From: an uncultured Oscillospiraceae bacterium
GTDB lineage: Bacteria > Bacillota > Clostridia > Oscillospirales > Ruminococcaceae
Length of the DNA stretch: 64,000 nt
NCBI GenBank assembly: GCA_964507095.1
Contig: CAZDOS010000002.1
Coordinates: 5,325-69,324 of the forward strand
Direction: 5' to 3'
A program made the translations under genes and the position numbers. The notes below the pieces were generated by a model that searched no databases, was not told where the DNA came from, and saw nothing but the letters and a program-made list of their open reading frames with translations. Below are positions 1-8,006 of this stretch, piece by piece; the first letter of the stretch is position 1; each line of letters begins with the position of its first letter.

Positions 1-1
1 G

Positions 2-229
2 TCGGTGATCACATCTCTGGGTCTCGCATGGAAGAGCGGCATTGCCGCAGAGGTCCTGTGCACTCCGAACTACTCCATAGGAAAGATGATATATAACGCA
101 AGGGTATATCTGGAGACTCCGCAGCTTTTCGCATGGACCCTCACGGTGATAGCCCTCAGCATGCTGCTTGAGGCTCTCATCGTCTTCCTTCTGGGTAAAC
201 TGGGCTATGAAAAGGAGGACAGGACATGA
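2..229 (+). CDS. ABC transporter permease, C-terminal fragment (gene starts upstream of window)
   Basis: The frame is open from the window edge. It has a hydrophobic C-terminus (FAWTLTVIALSMLLEALIVFLLG). Its stop overlaps the ATG of the next gene (ATGA at 226-229). Confidence 0.6.
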   Translation, partial: SVITSLGLAWKSGIAAEVLCTPNYSIGKMIYNARVYLETPQLFAWTLTVIALSMLLEALIVFLLGKLGYEKEDRT

Positions 230-798
230 TCAGGCTGAAAAACGTATATAAGCGGTTCGAAGAAAAGCAGGTCATATCCGGGCTGGATCTTTGCGTGGAA
301 GACGGCAGGACATTGGCCGTCTTCGGAGAAAGCGGTTCTGGAAAGACCACGTTGTTGAGGCTGATCGCTGCCCTTGAAAAGCCGGACTCGGGCACGGTAG
401 AGGCATCGGGCAGGCTTTCGATGGTGTTCCAGGAACACAGGCTTCTGCCTTGGAGGAACGTAATAGATAATGTGACCCTTTCCGGCTGCAGCAAAGATTT
501 TGCCGCGGACCTTCTTTCAAGACTTGGTCTCGACGGAGAAGAAAAGTCAGACATTTCACGGCTCAGCGGAGGCATGGCGCAGAGAGTGTCCGTTGCAAGG
601 GCACTGGGTGCGGATCCCGATATCCTGCTGCTTGACGAGCCCTTTACAGGACTTGACCGGGAAAGCGCGCATAATGTCATAGATGTGATAAAAAGCACAG
701 TCAAAGACTCTTGCAGCATCGTTCTGGTGTCCCACAACAGGGAACTCTGCGAAAACATGGCAGACGACATCCTTCTCTCATCCGCATTAAAGAAATAA
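226..798 (+). CDS. ABC transporter ATP-binding protein (short, nitrate/sulfonate/taurine-type)
   Basis: Walker A GESGSGKTT, ABC signature LSGGMAQRV and Walker B LLLDEPFTGLD are present. It is translationally coupled to the upstream permease. Confidence 0.9.
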   Translation: MIRLKNVYKRFEEKQVISGLDLCVEDGRTLAVFGESGSGKTTLLRLIAALEKPDSGTVEASGRLSMVFQEHRLLPWRNVIDNVTLSGCSKDFAADLLSRLGLDGEEKSDISRLSGGMAQRVSVARALGADPDILLLDEPFTGLDRESAHNVIDVIKSTVKDSCSIVLVSHNRELCENMADDILLSSALKK

Positions 799-803
799 AT
801 ATA

Positions 804-830
804 AGCCGGAGCTGTCCGCCAGCTCCGGCT
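804..830. terminator. Hairpin between convergent genes
   Basis: AGCCGGAGCTG / CAGCTCCGGCT is an 11-bp inverted repeat with a 5-nt loop. Confidence 0.6.
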
Positions 831-851
831 GTATTGTCTATGGTCTTCTGA

Positions 852-1547
852 TCATTCTATCCGGCTGATCATCGCGACTCCCGGCATCGGGCACTTGGTG
901 TAGCAGATGCCGCAGTCATCGCAGTCCATGTACCTTATGTAACACTTGCCGTCTTCGCCGACATGGATTGCCTCCTCCACGCAGTTCTCAAGACACGACT
1001 GACATCCGATGCATTCATCAGTGATCCTGTAGGTCAAAGGACGGGCCGCTCCGCCGCCAAAGCCGAATCTCACCCTTCTGATCTTCTCTTCCGCATAGAG
1101 ATGGAACATCTCTCCGTCGCCCTTCTCGAGCCTGAATACAGCCACGATATCAAAGTTCTTCCTGTACATCTTCACCGTTCCGGGATTCAGCTTGAAGAAC
1201 TCATCCCATACCCACTTGTCAGTATTCGGGATCTCTTTCACCCATGCCTTGAGCTTGAGCGAATAGAGGGAATCGATCGCAGTGTTTATCGCTATCTCAG
1301 GTCTCTCGCAGAGCTGTCTGTAGAACGGCTTTCCCTTTGATGTCATGAAGTAAAGATTTCCGTCCGGAAGCAGGTTGAAGTCTATGATCCTTATTTCCGG
1401 GCTTCCGTCGCTAACGGTAGCGGTAGGTATGAAGCTTTGCTTCTTTATGAGCTCCCATGCCTTCAGCCTTATCTCTTCCTCGGTGTTCCCGTCCGTAAGT
1501 CCCCAGAGGACGTTGTCATTTTCCCAGTTGACTGCCTGATTTGCCAT
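852..1547 (-). CDS. Pyridoxamine-5'-phosphate-oxidase-like protein fused to a 2x[4Fe-4S] ferredoxin domain
   Basis: The C-terminus carries CIGCQSCLENC ... CDDCGICYTKCP, two CxxCxxCxxxC(P) motifs. The N-terminal ~170 aa resemble the PNPOx/flavin-binding split barrel. Confidence 0.75.
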   Translation of the reverse strand: MANQAVNWENDNVLWGLTDGNTEEEIRLKAWELIKKQSFIPTATVSDGSPEIRIIDFNLLPDGNLYFMTSKGKPFYRQLCERPEIAINTAIDSLYSLKLKAWVKEIPNTDKWVWDEFFKLNPGTVKMYRKNFDIVAVFRLEKGDGEMFHLYAEEKIRRVRFGFGGGAARPLTYRITDECIGCQSCLENCVEEAIHVGEDGKCYIRYMDCDDCGICYTKCPMPGVAMISRIE

Positions 1548-1634
1548 TTTTCTCTCTCCTAAACTATTTTTCGATTATACTCCGGTCTGCCTGCTGTTTG
1601 CAATGAACGACGACCTGCAGCTTTGGATCCGTTA

Positions 1635-2459
1635 TCAGAATACAGGCACGAAGAGTCCGGAGTACTTTTCGTTGATGAACTCCCTGATCTCATCGCTTGT
1701 CAGAGCTTCCACCAGGGCAAGAGTCTTTTCCGTGTTCTCATCGCCCTCTCTTACGGCAATAATATTTCCGTATGTGTCCGGAACGACACCTTCGTTTGAC
1801 TCACTGGCAAGAGCCTTGTCAAGGATTCCGGCTGATACTGCGTAATTTCCGTTTACCACCGCAAAATCAACATCGGCAAGAACGTTTACAGTCTGAGGAG
1901 CTTCAACTTCCAGGATAGTGACATTGTGTGGATTCTCGATGATATCCAGTGCAGTTGCCTTGAGTCCGGCGTCTTCCTTAAGTGTTATGATGCCGAGGCT
2001 CTCAAGGAGGAGCAGTGAACGTGCTTCGTTTGTTGTGTCGTTAGGAACGGCTATGGTCGCGCCGTCAGGGATGTTTGCAAGATCGTCGCTCTTTCCGGGA
2101 TAGATGCCCAGAGGCTCAAAGTGGATCTTCGCCACTGAAACTATGTGCGTGCCTCTTTCCTCATTGAAGGAGTCAAGGTAAGGCGTATGCTGGAAGTAGT
2201 TTGCATCCAGTTCGCCTGCTTCAAGAGACGTGTTCGGAATGACGTAATCCGTGAATTCCACTATCTCAAGCTCGTAACCCTTCTCCCGGAGGATCGGCTT
2301 TGCCCGTTCAAGTATCTCCGCATGCGGAGAAGGAGATGCGCCGACTGTGATCTTCGTTAATTCTGCCTGTTCTTCAGGGCTGTCTGAACTTGATGATGAA
2401 CATGCTGCCAAGCTGAATGCCAGAGCTGCTGCTAATGCTAAACTGACTATCTTTTTCAT
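1635..2459 (-). CDS. metQ: MetQ/NlpA-family substrate-binding lipoprotein
   Basis: Lipoprotein signal MKKIVSLALAAALAFSLAAC is present and the protein shows NlpA-family similarity throughout. I placed the start at ATG 2459, because the track's 5' extension has no signal peptide. Confidence 0.85.
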   Translation of the reverse strand: MKKIVSLALAAALAFSLAACSSSSSDSPEEQAELTKITVGASPSPHAEILERAKPILREKGYELEIVEFTDYVIPNTSLEAGELDANYFQHTPYLDSFNEERGTHIVSVAKIHFEPLGIYPGKSDDLANIPDGATIAVPNDTTNEARSLLLLESLGIITLKEDAGLKATALDIIENPHNVTILEVEAPQTVNVLADVDFAVVNGNYAVSAGILDKALASESNEGVVPDTYGNIIAVREGDENTEKTLALVEALTSDEIREFINEKYSGLFVPVF

Positions 2460-2556
2460 TGTTATTTCCTTTCTCTCTTTTACTGTTGTTTGCTGCCGGT
2501 CTCCCGGCTGAATATATATTCTCAGCTGCGGTCCGGATCCGAGCTGGATATACCGA

Positions 2557-3228
2557 TCAAAGTATGTTTCTCTTGTCGCTCTTTCTTGCCAGGCGGTCAA
2601 AGACTGCCTGAATGATGCAGACGATGAGGATTATTATGACTACGGCAAACCACATCACGCTTTCAACTCTCCTGTGATACCCGTATCTTATGGCTATGTC
2701 GCCCAGTCCTCCTGCTCCGAGACTTCCCACGATGGCTATGTATCCTATGAGCGTTATCGCAGTTATGGCAAAACCCCTTATCAGACTCGGGAGGCTCTCG
2801 CTTATCAGCACCCTTGTAATGATCGTGAACGGGGAGGCTCCCATGCACTGGCATGCCTCGATGACGCCCTTGTCTATCTCCTCAAGAGAAGTCTGGACCA
2901 TCCTGGCCACAAAGGGCGCTGCGCCGACAGTGAGCGGGAATATGGCAGCTGTCGGTCCGATGGCCTTCCCCACTATTGCTCTTGTTGCCGGGATAAGCAC
3001 CACCGTCAGGATGATGAACGGGAAGGATCTCAGGATACTTATGACCCAGGAGAACACCGTATTGAACGGCCTGTTCTCCAATAGATGCCCCTCCCGTGTC
3101 GAATACAGGATTATCCCCATCGGAAGCCCCAGCACATAGCTGAAGAGCGTGGCGAATATCATCATGTATATCGTTTTGCCGGTCTCTGAAAAGATCAGAG
3201 GTCCGTAAGCTGCAATCGTTTCTTTCAT
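2557..3228 (-). CDS. metI: Methionine-type ABC transporter permease
   Basis: Multi-TM protein of MetI type. ATG 3228 is preceded by GAGGAG. An alternative GTG at 3234 overlaps the metN stop. Confidence 0.85.
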   Translation of the reverse strand: MKETIAAYGPLIFSETGKTIYMMIFATLFSYVLGLPMGIILYSTREGHLLENRPFNTVFSWVISILRSFPFIILTVVLIPATRAIVGKAIGPTAAIFPLTVGAAPFVARMVQTSLEEIDKGVIEACQCMGASPFTIITRVLISESLPSLIRGFAITAITLIGYIAIVGSLGAGGLGDIAIRYGYHRRVESVMWFAVVIIILIVCIIQAVFDRLARKSDKRNIL

Positions 3229-3230
3229 TT

Positions 3231-3968
3231 TCACTCCTCATATCCCAACAGCAGTTTCGTCGCCTCCGCCCTTGGGGAAGCAAATACTTCCCTTACTTCT
3301 CCGCTCTCCGCTATCGTCCCTTCAGCAATTACCGCCAGCCTGTTGCAAATCCTTCTCACCACTCCGATCTCATGCGTGATTATTATCACCGTCACGCTCA
3401 GTTTTTCATTGATCTCCTGAAGGAGATTCAGCACCTGCTTGGTGGTGAGAGGATCCAGCGCGCTGGTCGGCTCGTCACACAGAAGGATCTTCGGCTGTGT
3501 CGCCAGCGCTCTTGCTATGGCCACTCTCTGCTTCTGCCCGCCGGAAAGCTGTGACGGATAGCTTTTCCGCTTGTCCTCAAGATCCACCAGCTTTAGCAGT
3601 TCGCTTACTCTCTGGTCCGTGTCCGTTCTTGAGTATCCGTTGATGCTGAGAGGAAAGGCTATGTTTTCAGCCACCGTTTTCTGCATCAGGAGATTGTATC
3701 CCTGGAACACGACTCCCATCTCTCTTCTGATCCTGGTCAGCTCGCTGCCCTTTATTCCTATTATGGATCTTCCTTCTATGGTGATATCCCCGCTCGTGGG
3801 AGCCTCCAGACCCGAAAGGCATCTGAGCAGTGTGCTCTTTCCGGCTCCGGAGATCCCGATGATTCCGAAGATATCGCCCCTGCCGATCCTTATGTCTATG
3901 TCCTTTAACGCGTGCACCTCATTCTTCTTTGCCGAGAATGTCTTTGATAGATGCCTGATCTCTATCAT
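3231..3968 (-). CDS. metN: Methionine-type ABC transporter ATP-binding protein (no C-terminal NIL domain)
   Basis: Walker [10 protein letters not shown], signature LSGGQKQRV and Walker [12 protein letters not shown] are present. I chose the start MIEIRHL at 3968, because the longer ORF would run into the leader terminator. Confidence 0.9.
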   Translation of the reverse strand: MIEIRHLSKTFSAKKNEVHALKDIDIRIGRGDIFGIIGISGAGKSTLLRCLSGLEAPTSGDITIEGRSIIGIKGSELTRIRREMGVVFQGYNLLMQKTVAENIAFPLSINGYSRTDTDQRVSELLKLVDLEDKRKSYPSQLSGGQKQRVAIARALATQPKILLCDEPTSALDPLTTKQVLNLLQEINEKLSVTVIIITHEIGVVRRICNRLAVIAEGTIAESGEVREVFASPRAEATKLLLGYEE

Positions 3969-3996
3969 CTGTCTTCCTGCCCTGTCCTGAAATAAT

Positions 3997-4278
3997 AAAA
4001 ACGCCCTCAGTTCCATTCGGAACCAAGGGCGATGAAAATCGCGATACCACCTTGCTTCAGCATGACATTACTGCCATGCCCTTACCGGCCACGGGACGGC
4101 TCTACGTCCTTATGGTCTGTCGCTGTAACGGGCGACCCCGACGCAGACTACATATCGCCTGCATGGCTCAGAGACCATGTTCAGACGCAACTTCTTTGTC
4201 ACCCTCTCAGCATACGGGGACTCTCTGTGAAAGTCATTTACAGCCTACTCTTCTCTTCAACGCTGTTCGTATAGTGTG
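3997..4278 (-). promoter_or_regulatory. T-box leader RNA (tRNA-sensing riboswitch) controlling metNIQ
   Basis: On the minus strand I see an AGAGAG box, AGUA...GAA specifier-loop elements and the T-box sequence AAGGUGGUAUCGCG. A 13-bp terminator follows (CGCCCUUGGUUCC/GGAACUGAGGGCG + UUUUU). Confidence 0.85.
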
Positions 4279-4283
4279 ATTTT

Positions 4284-4312
4284 AATGTACACATGATCCC
4301 GGATAATGTCAA
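4284..4312 (-). promoter_or_regulatory. Sigma-70-type promoter for the T-box leader
   Basis: Minus strand reads TTGACA, a 17-nt spacer, then TACATT, just upstream of the leader. Confidence 0.5.
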
Positions 4313-4432
4313 CAAACGGCATAAAAGATTGTAAAATCACATAAAGCCGAGTTTGAATGCCGACTGTCTTTTGGAAAAATGTACAATAAGACAGCCGGTC
4401 CCTGCCGGGACCGGCCGTTTGCCGTTATCGGG

Positions 4433-5839
4433 TTATTTTGTGAATCTGCTGGTCCTCTTTGAGAGGTTTCTTGCGCCGCCGTTGCCCGGCTTGTGGGCTC
4501 TGGCTGCCTTGTCGAGCCTGAATCCGCCCTCATCGTTTCTCATGAACTTGGTCGAGAAGAACCGTCTGCAGATGTTTGCGAAGTCCTCTGTGTCCTTGCT
4601 GCCTGCAGTCTCATATGATGAGTGCATCGCGAGCTGAGGGAGTCCTACGTCGACTGTCGCAAGGGACACCTTGGTGTTCGAAATGTTGCCCAGAGTGCCG
4701 CCGCCTCTCAGGTCGCTCCTGTTGAGGAAGGTCTGTGTCTTGAGGCTCAGGTCCTCGACAAGGCCCTTAAACACGCCCCGTGAAAGTCCGTCCGATGTGT
4801 ATCTTCCGCTTGCATTGTACTTGATGACGATGCCCCCGTTGATCTTCGGCCTGTTGGTGGGATCCGCATAGCTTCCTGCTTTGTTCGGGTGAAGAGCGTG
4901 TGCGTTGTCGGCCGAGATCATGAAACTGTTGGCAACTCTGCGCATATAGTCTGCTTCGCCTTCGCCGAGTCCGGATACGATCCTGTAAAGAGTCTCCTGA
5001 AGGAAAGTTGAATTAGCGCCCTGCTGGGTGGCACTTCCGACCTCCTCGTTGTCAAATATGGCAAGGACAGGGCATGCATCCGCATTGTCTGCCTCAAGGA
5101 AACCTTCCAGCGAGGAGTATGCGCACTGCAGATCATCCAGTTTAGGGCTGGCTATGAACTCGCCGTTCGCTCCGAGAGTGGTCCCCTTCTGCCTGTTGTA
5201 CAGGAACAGGTCATAATCCACTATTGCGCTCCTGTTGAGACCCTCGGCATTGGCAATGAGCGTAAGCAGATCCGGTTCCTCGTCCTCGTCGCCTCCGGCG
5301 ACTTCAAGTCCGAAGACCGGCAGCATGTCCGCCTGAAGGTCGAAACTCTTGCCGTCGTTAACGTTCCTGTCCATATGAATGGCAAGATTAGGTATTATCA
5401 TAAGGTCCTTGTCGATGTTGACAAGCTTCCAGCTGTAGTCCTCACCATATCTCATCACTACTCTTCCTGCTACCGACAGAGGTCTGTCCATCCATGTCGA
5501 AAGGATGGCTCCGCCGTAGCCCTCAGTGTTGAGCACCACGTACCCGGACTGCCTGATTATTGGATTCTCCTTGATCTTGAATGTCGGACTGTCGCAGTGG
5601 GAGGCGACGATATTGAAGCTGTAGTCATCATTGAAAGGTATGCTGAAGGCTATGATGGAACTGCCGTTCCTTGTGACATAATATCTTCCGCCCTTCTTGA
5701 GCTCCCATTTTTCCGCCTCATTGAGCTTTGAATAGCCCTTTTCTTCCAGCTTTGCCCGCGCATTTGCGACAGCGTGGAAAGGTGTAGGACTCTTCTCGAT
5801 GAACTCGAACAGTCTTTCATTTATATCCATATATATCAT
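4433..5839 (-). CDS. M18-family aminopeptidase (aspartyl aminopeptidase-like)
   Basis: N-terminus FIEKSPTPFHAV, IASHCDSPTFKIK and the LDDLQC/FDNEEVGS metal-site motifs are typical of M18 peptidases. Confidence 0.85.
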   Translation of the reverse strand: MIYMDINERLFEFIEKSPTPFHAVANARAKLEEKGYSKLNEAEKWELKKGGRYYVTRNGSSIIAFSIPFNDDYSFNIVASHCDSPTFKIKENPIIRQSGYVVLNTEGYGGAILSTWMDRPLSVAGRVVMRYGEDYSWKLVNIDKDLMIIPNLAIHMDRNVNDGKSFDLQADMLPVFGLEVAGGDEDEEPDLLTLIANAEGLNRSAIVDYDLFLYNRQKGTTLGANGEFIASPKLDDLQCAYSSLEGFLEADNADACPVLAIFDNEEVGSATQQGANSTFLQETLYRIVSGLGEGEADYMRRVANSFMISADNAHALHPNKAGSYADPTNRPKINGGIVIKYNASGRYTSDGLSRGVFKGLVEDLSLKTQTFLNRSDLRGGGTLGNISNTKVSLATVDVGLPQLAMHSSYETAGSKDTEDFANICRRFFSTKFMRNDEGGFRLDKAARAHKPGNGGARNLSKRTSRFTK

Positions 5840-5860
5840 CTCCGTTTCAATGTATTGCTG

Positions 5861-7216
5861 TTAAAGTGCCGCGTCGTTCAAACCGACGGCAAACTTCTTT
5901 CTGTATCCCATATAGTATACCACAAATGTGAGCCCTGCGAGCACCCATGTTGCAGGATAGCAGGCGGCTATCGTCTGAATGGTGCCTCCCAGCCTCGGCG
6001 AAATGAAGAACGCCCATATAAGCCTGAACCGGCAGATGGTAGTGAGGGTGATGGCCATCGGGGCAAAGCCTTCTCCCGAGCCTCTTATCGCTCCGGACAG
6101 TATTTCTATGAGAGTGTAGGTCACATAGAAAGGTCCGCAGAGCCTCAGCACGGACGCACCGATCGATATGACATTTACATCCGTCGCGAAAAGCGATATG
6201 AGATTCGGTCCGAATACCACCATCACAAGACTCAGCACCAGCGTTGCTCCCGCACTCATCATCAGTCCTGTCCTTACGCTCTCCTTGACTCTGTCATACT
6301 TCCTTGCGCCGTAGTTCTGTCCGACGAAGGTAGTCACAGCCATTCCGAAGGAACCCTGGACCATAAAAATGACCTGGTCCACTTTTCCGAAGGCCACCCA
6401 AGCGGCCGTAGCAGTTGCCCCGAAGCTGTTTACGGCTGTCTGGACCACCATGTTCGAGAGCGAATACGCCATGCTGGTGCCTCCTGATGGGAGACCTATC
6501 CTTATTATCTCCCTTAGTATCGGCAGGTCTATTCCCAGCTTGCCCATCTCCACCCTGTATATATCAGAGGTGGTGACCAACTTCCTTATGACCAGCACTG
6601 ATGAGGTAGCTACCGACAGCGTAGTTGCTACGGCAACTCCGATGACGTCCCATCTGAGCCGGAGCACGAACACCAGATCCAGCACGATATTGAGAAGGCA
6701 GGTGAATATCAGGTAGTTGCGCGGACTCTTTGAGTCTCCCACCGCTCGGAGTATTCCGCCGCCCAGATTATATATGGTAAAGAAGATCATTCCGGCGAAT
6801 ATGATCCTGAGATAGGACGCGGACATGTCCATGATCACCGGATCTATCTTAATGAGCCTGAGCATCGGTCTGGCTGCAAACTGGCCGAGTCCGGTCAGGA
6901 AGAGTCCTATTATGAGCGCCAGGGTTATGGTCGTATGAATTGCCTTTGACAGCTTCTCGACGTCCTTGGCACCGTAATACTGCGAAATGATAACCGTTCC
7001 GCCTCCGGCCATTCCCATGAAGAATCCGACCAATAGTCCCATGATTATCCCCGTGCCGCCTACTGCTGCAAGAGCATTCGCCCCTACAAAGCGCCCGACA
7101 ATTATCGAGTCGACGGTGTTGTACAGCGTCTGGAACACCGAGCCTATCAGCAGAGGGAAAAAGTATGAGAGCAGCTGCTTTGGTATGTTGCCTTCCGTTA
7201 TCCTGTTTTCGGTCAT
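5861..7216 (-). CDS. MATE-family efflux transporter
   Basis: 12-TM profile with a MATE-type N-terminus (LLSYFFPLLIGSVFQTLYNTVDSIIVGRFVG). It lies 21 bp upstream of the aminopeptidase. Confidence 0.85.
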   Translation of the reverse strand: MTENRITEGNIPKQLLSYFFPLLIGSVFQTLYNTVDSIIVGRFVGANALAAVGGTGIIMGLLVGFFMGMAGGGTVIISQYYGAKDVEKLSKAIHTTITLALIIGLFLTGLGQFAARPMLRLIKIDPVIMDMSASYLRIIFAGMIFFTIYNLGGGILRAVGDSKSPRNYLIFTCLLNIVLDLVFVLRLRWDVIGVAVATTLSVATSSVLVIRKLVTTSDIYRVEMGKLGIDLPILREIIRIGLPSGGTSMAYSLSNMVVQTAVNSFGATATAAWVAFGKVDQVIFMVQGSFGMAVTTFVGQNYGARKYDRVKESVRTGLMMSAGATLVLSLVMVVFGPNLISLFATDVNVISIGASVLRLCGPFYVTYTLIEILSGAIRGSGEGFAPMAITLTTICRFRLIWAFFISPRLGGTIQTIAACYPATWVLAGLTFVVYYMGYRKKFAVGLNDAAL

Positions 7217-7330
7217 TTCCGGTCGTCTCCTTTTCCTTTATATATGTTGTCCGTATTGAACTGTTTTTGCATGTTAGAGATTAATTATATATTGCTAACC
7301 CCAATATTGCAATCGGAACATCAGACAATT

Positions 7331-7366
7331 AAAAACAGCACCGTCTTCTTTTTGAAGGCGATGCTG
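7331..7366 (-). terminator. Rho-independent terminator after nrdG
   Basis: Minus strand has CAGCAUCGCCUUC / GAAGACGGUGCUG (12 of 13 pairs) followed by UUUU. Confidence 0.7.
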
Positions 7367-7419
7367 ATATGATGATATCCTTCGTTGCGCCCTCCCTGCC
7401 GGAAAGGCTCTCCCCGGGA

Positions 7420-7956
7420 TCATTTTTTCTCTTCCCCGCTGACCATCCTGAGACCTTCATCTCCCTCATACAGGGTGACGATATGTCCTTCTCTCATCGT
7501 CCGCGGAATGTCGATGACTCTCTGATTGGCAGATCCCCTCCAGTGCAACATGGGATTCTTCAGCTCCTCCTGAAACTGTCCGTCGACGATCACGTCGAAG
7601 TTCTCAAAGCCCGAATAATCCGGTCCCAGCCGCTCGAAGGTATAGCCCGTCCACGACCACACGTCCTTCTGCGGGAATCTTTCCTTGAATATCCTTGCTA
7701 GCTCCAGAGCGCCCTTCCTGTTGACCGGATGAAACGGCTCTCCGCCGAGGATCGACAGTCCCTGGATGTACTCTCTGCCGCACAGCTCCATGACTCTTTC
7801 TATGACCGCATCCGTATATTCCTTTCCGTCCTCGAACGGCCAGGTCTCGGGGTTGAAACAGTTCTTGCAGTGGAACGAACAGCCCTGCAGGAATATGGAC
7901 ACCCTGACTCCGGGGCCGTTTGAAATGTCCATCTTTCTGATCTTGTTATATCTCAT
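7420..7956 (-). CDS. nrdG: Anaerobic ribonucleoside-triphosphate reductase activating protein (radical SAM)
   Basis: Contains the CSFHCKNCFN radical-SAM cluster motif, has NrdG size, and sits directly downstream of nrdD. Confidence 0.92.
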   Translation of the reverse strand: MRYNKIRKMDISNGPGVRVSIFLQGCSFHCKNCFNPETWPFEDGKEYTDAVIERVMELCGREYIQGLSILGGEPFHPVNRKGALELARIFKERFPQKDVWSWTGYTFERLGPDYSGFENFDVIVDGQFQEELKNPMLHWRGSANQRVIDIPRTMREGHIVTLYEGDEGLRMVSGEEKK

Positions 7957-8006
7957 CGCTAATACCTTTTATGGATGATGCCCTCGTTAAGAGGGCATCC
8001 TTGTCA

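Noticed and set aside
177-770. 197-aa ORF antisense to the ABC ATPase. Similar long antisense ORFs occur at 5774-6487, 17480-18172, 35675-36214, 44647-45228 and 48562-49245.
   Set aside because: Each lies entirely within a well-supported gene on the other strand. They lack an RBS and have Arg/Ser/Cys-rich shadow-frame composition.
2460-2600. 5' extensions of track ORFs. Affected genes are metQ, metN (3969-4016), flavodoxin-like (19815-19877), nucleosidase (21618-21650), both C26 genes, eno, telA, xpaC, mscL and the second MATE.
   Set aside because: Internal ATGs have good GGAGG-type RBSs and match family N-termini or signal peptides. The extensions overlap terminators, leaders or neighbouring genes.
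4171-4178. Reading the T-box specifier as CAU (His) because it directly follows the GAA of the S-turn.
   Set aside because: The T-box bulge UGGU implies discriminator A73, whereas tRNA-His has C73. The regulated genes are MetNIQ-type. AUG is favoured, but this is not proven.
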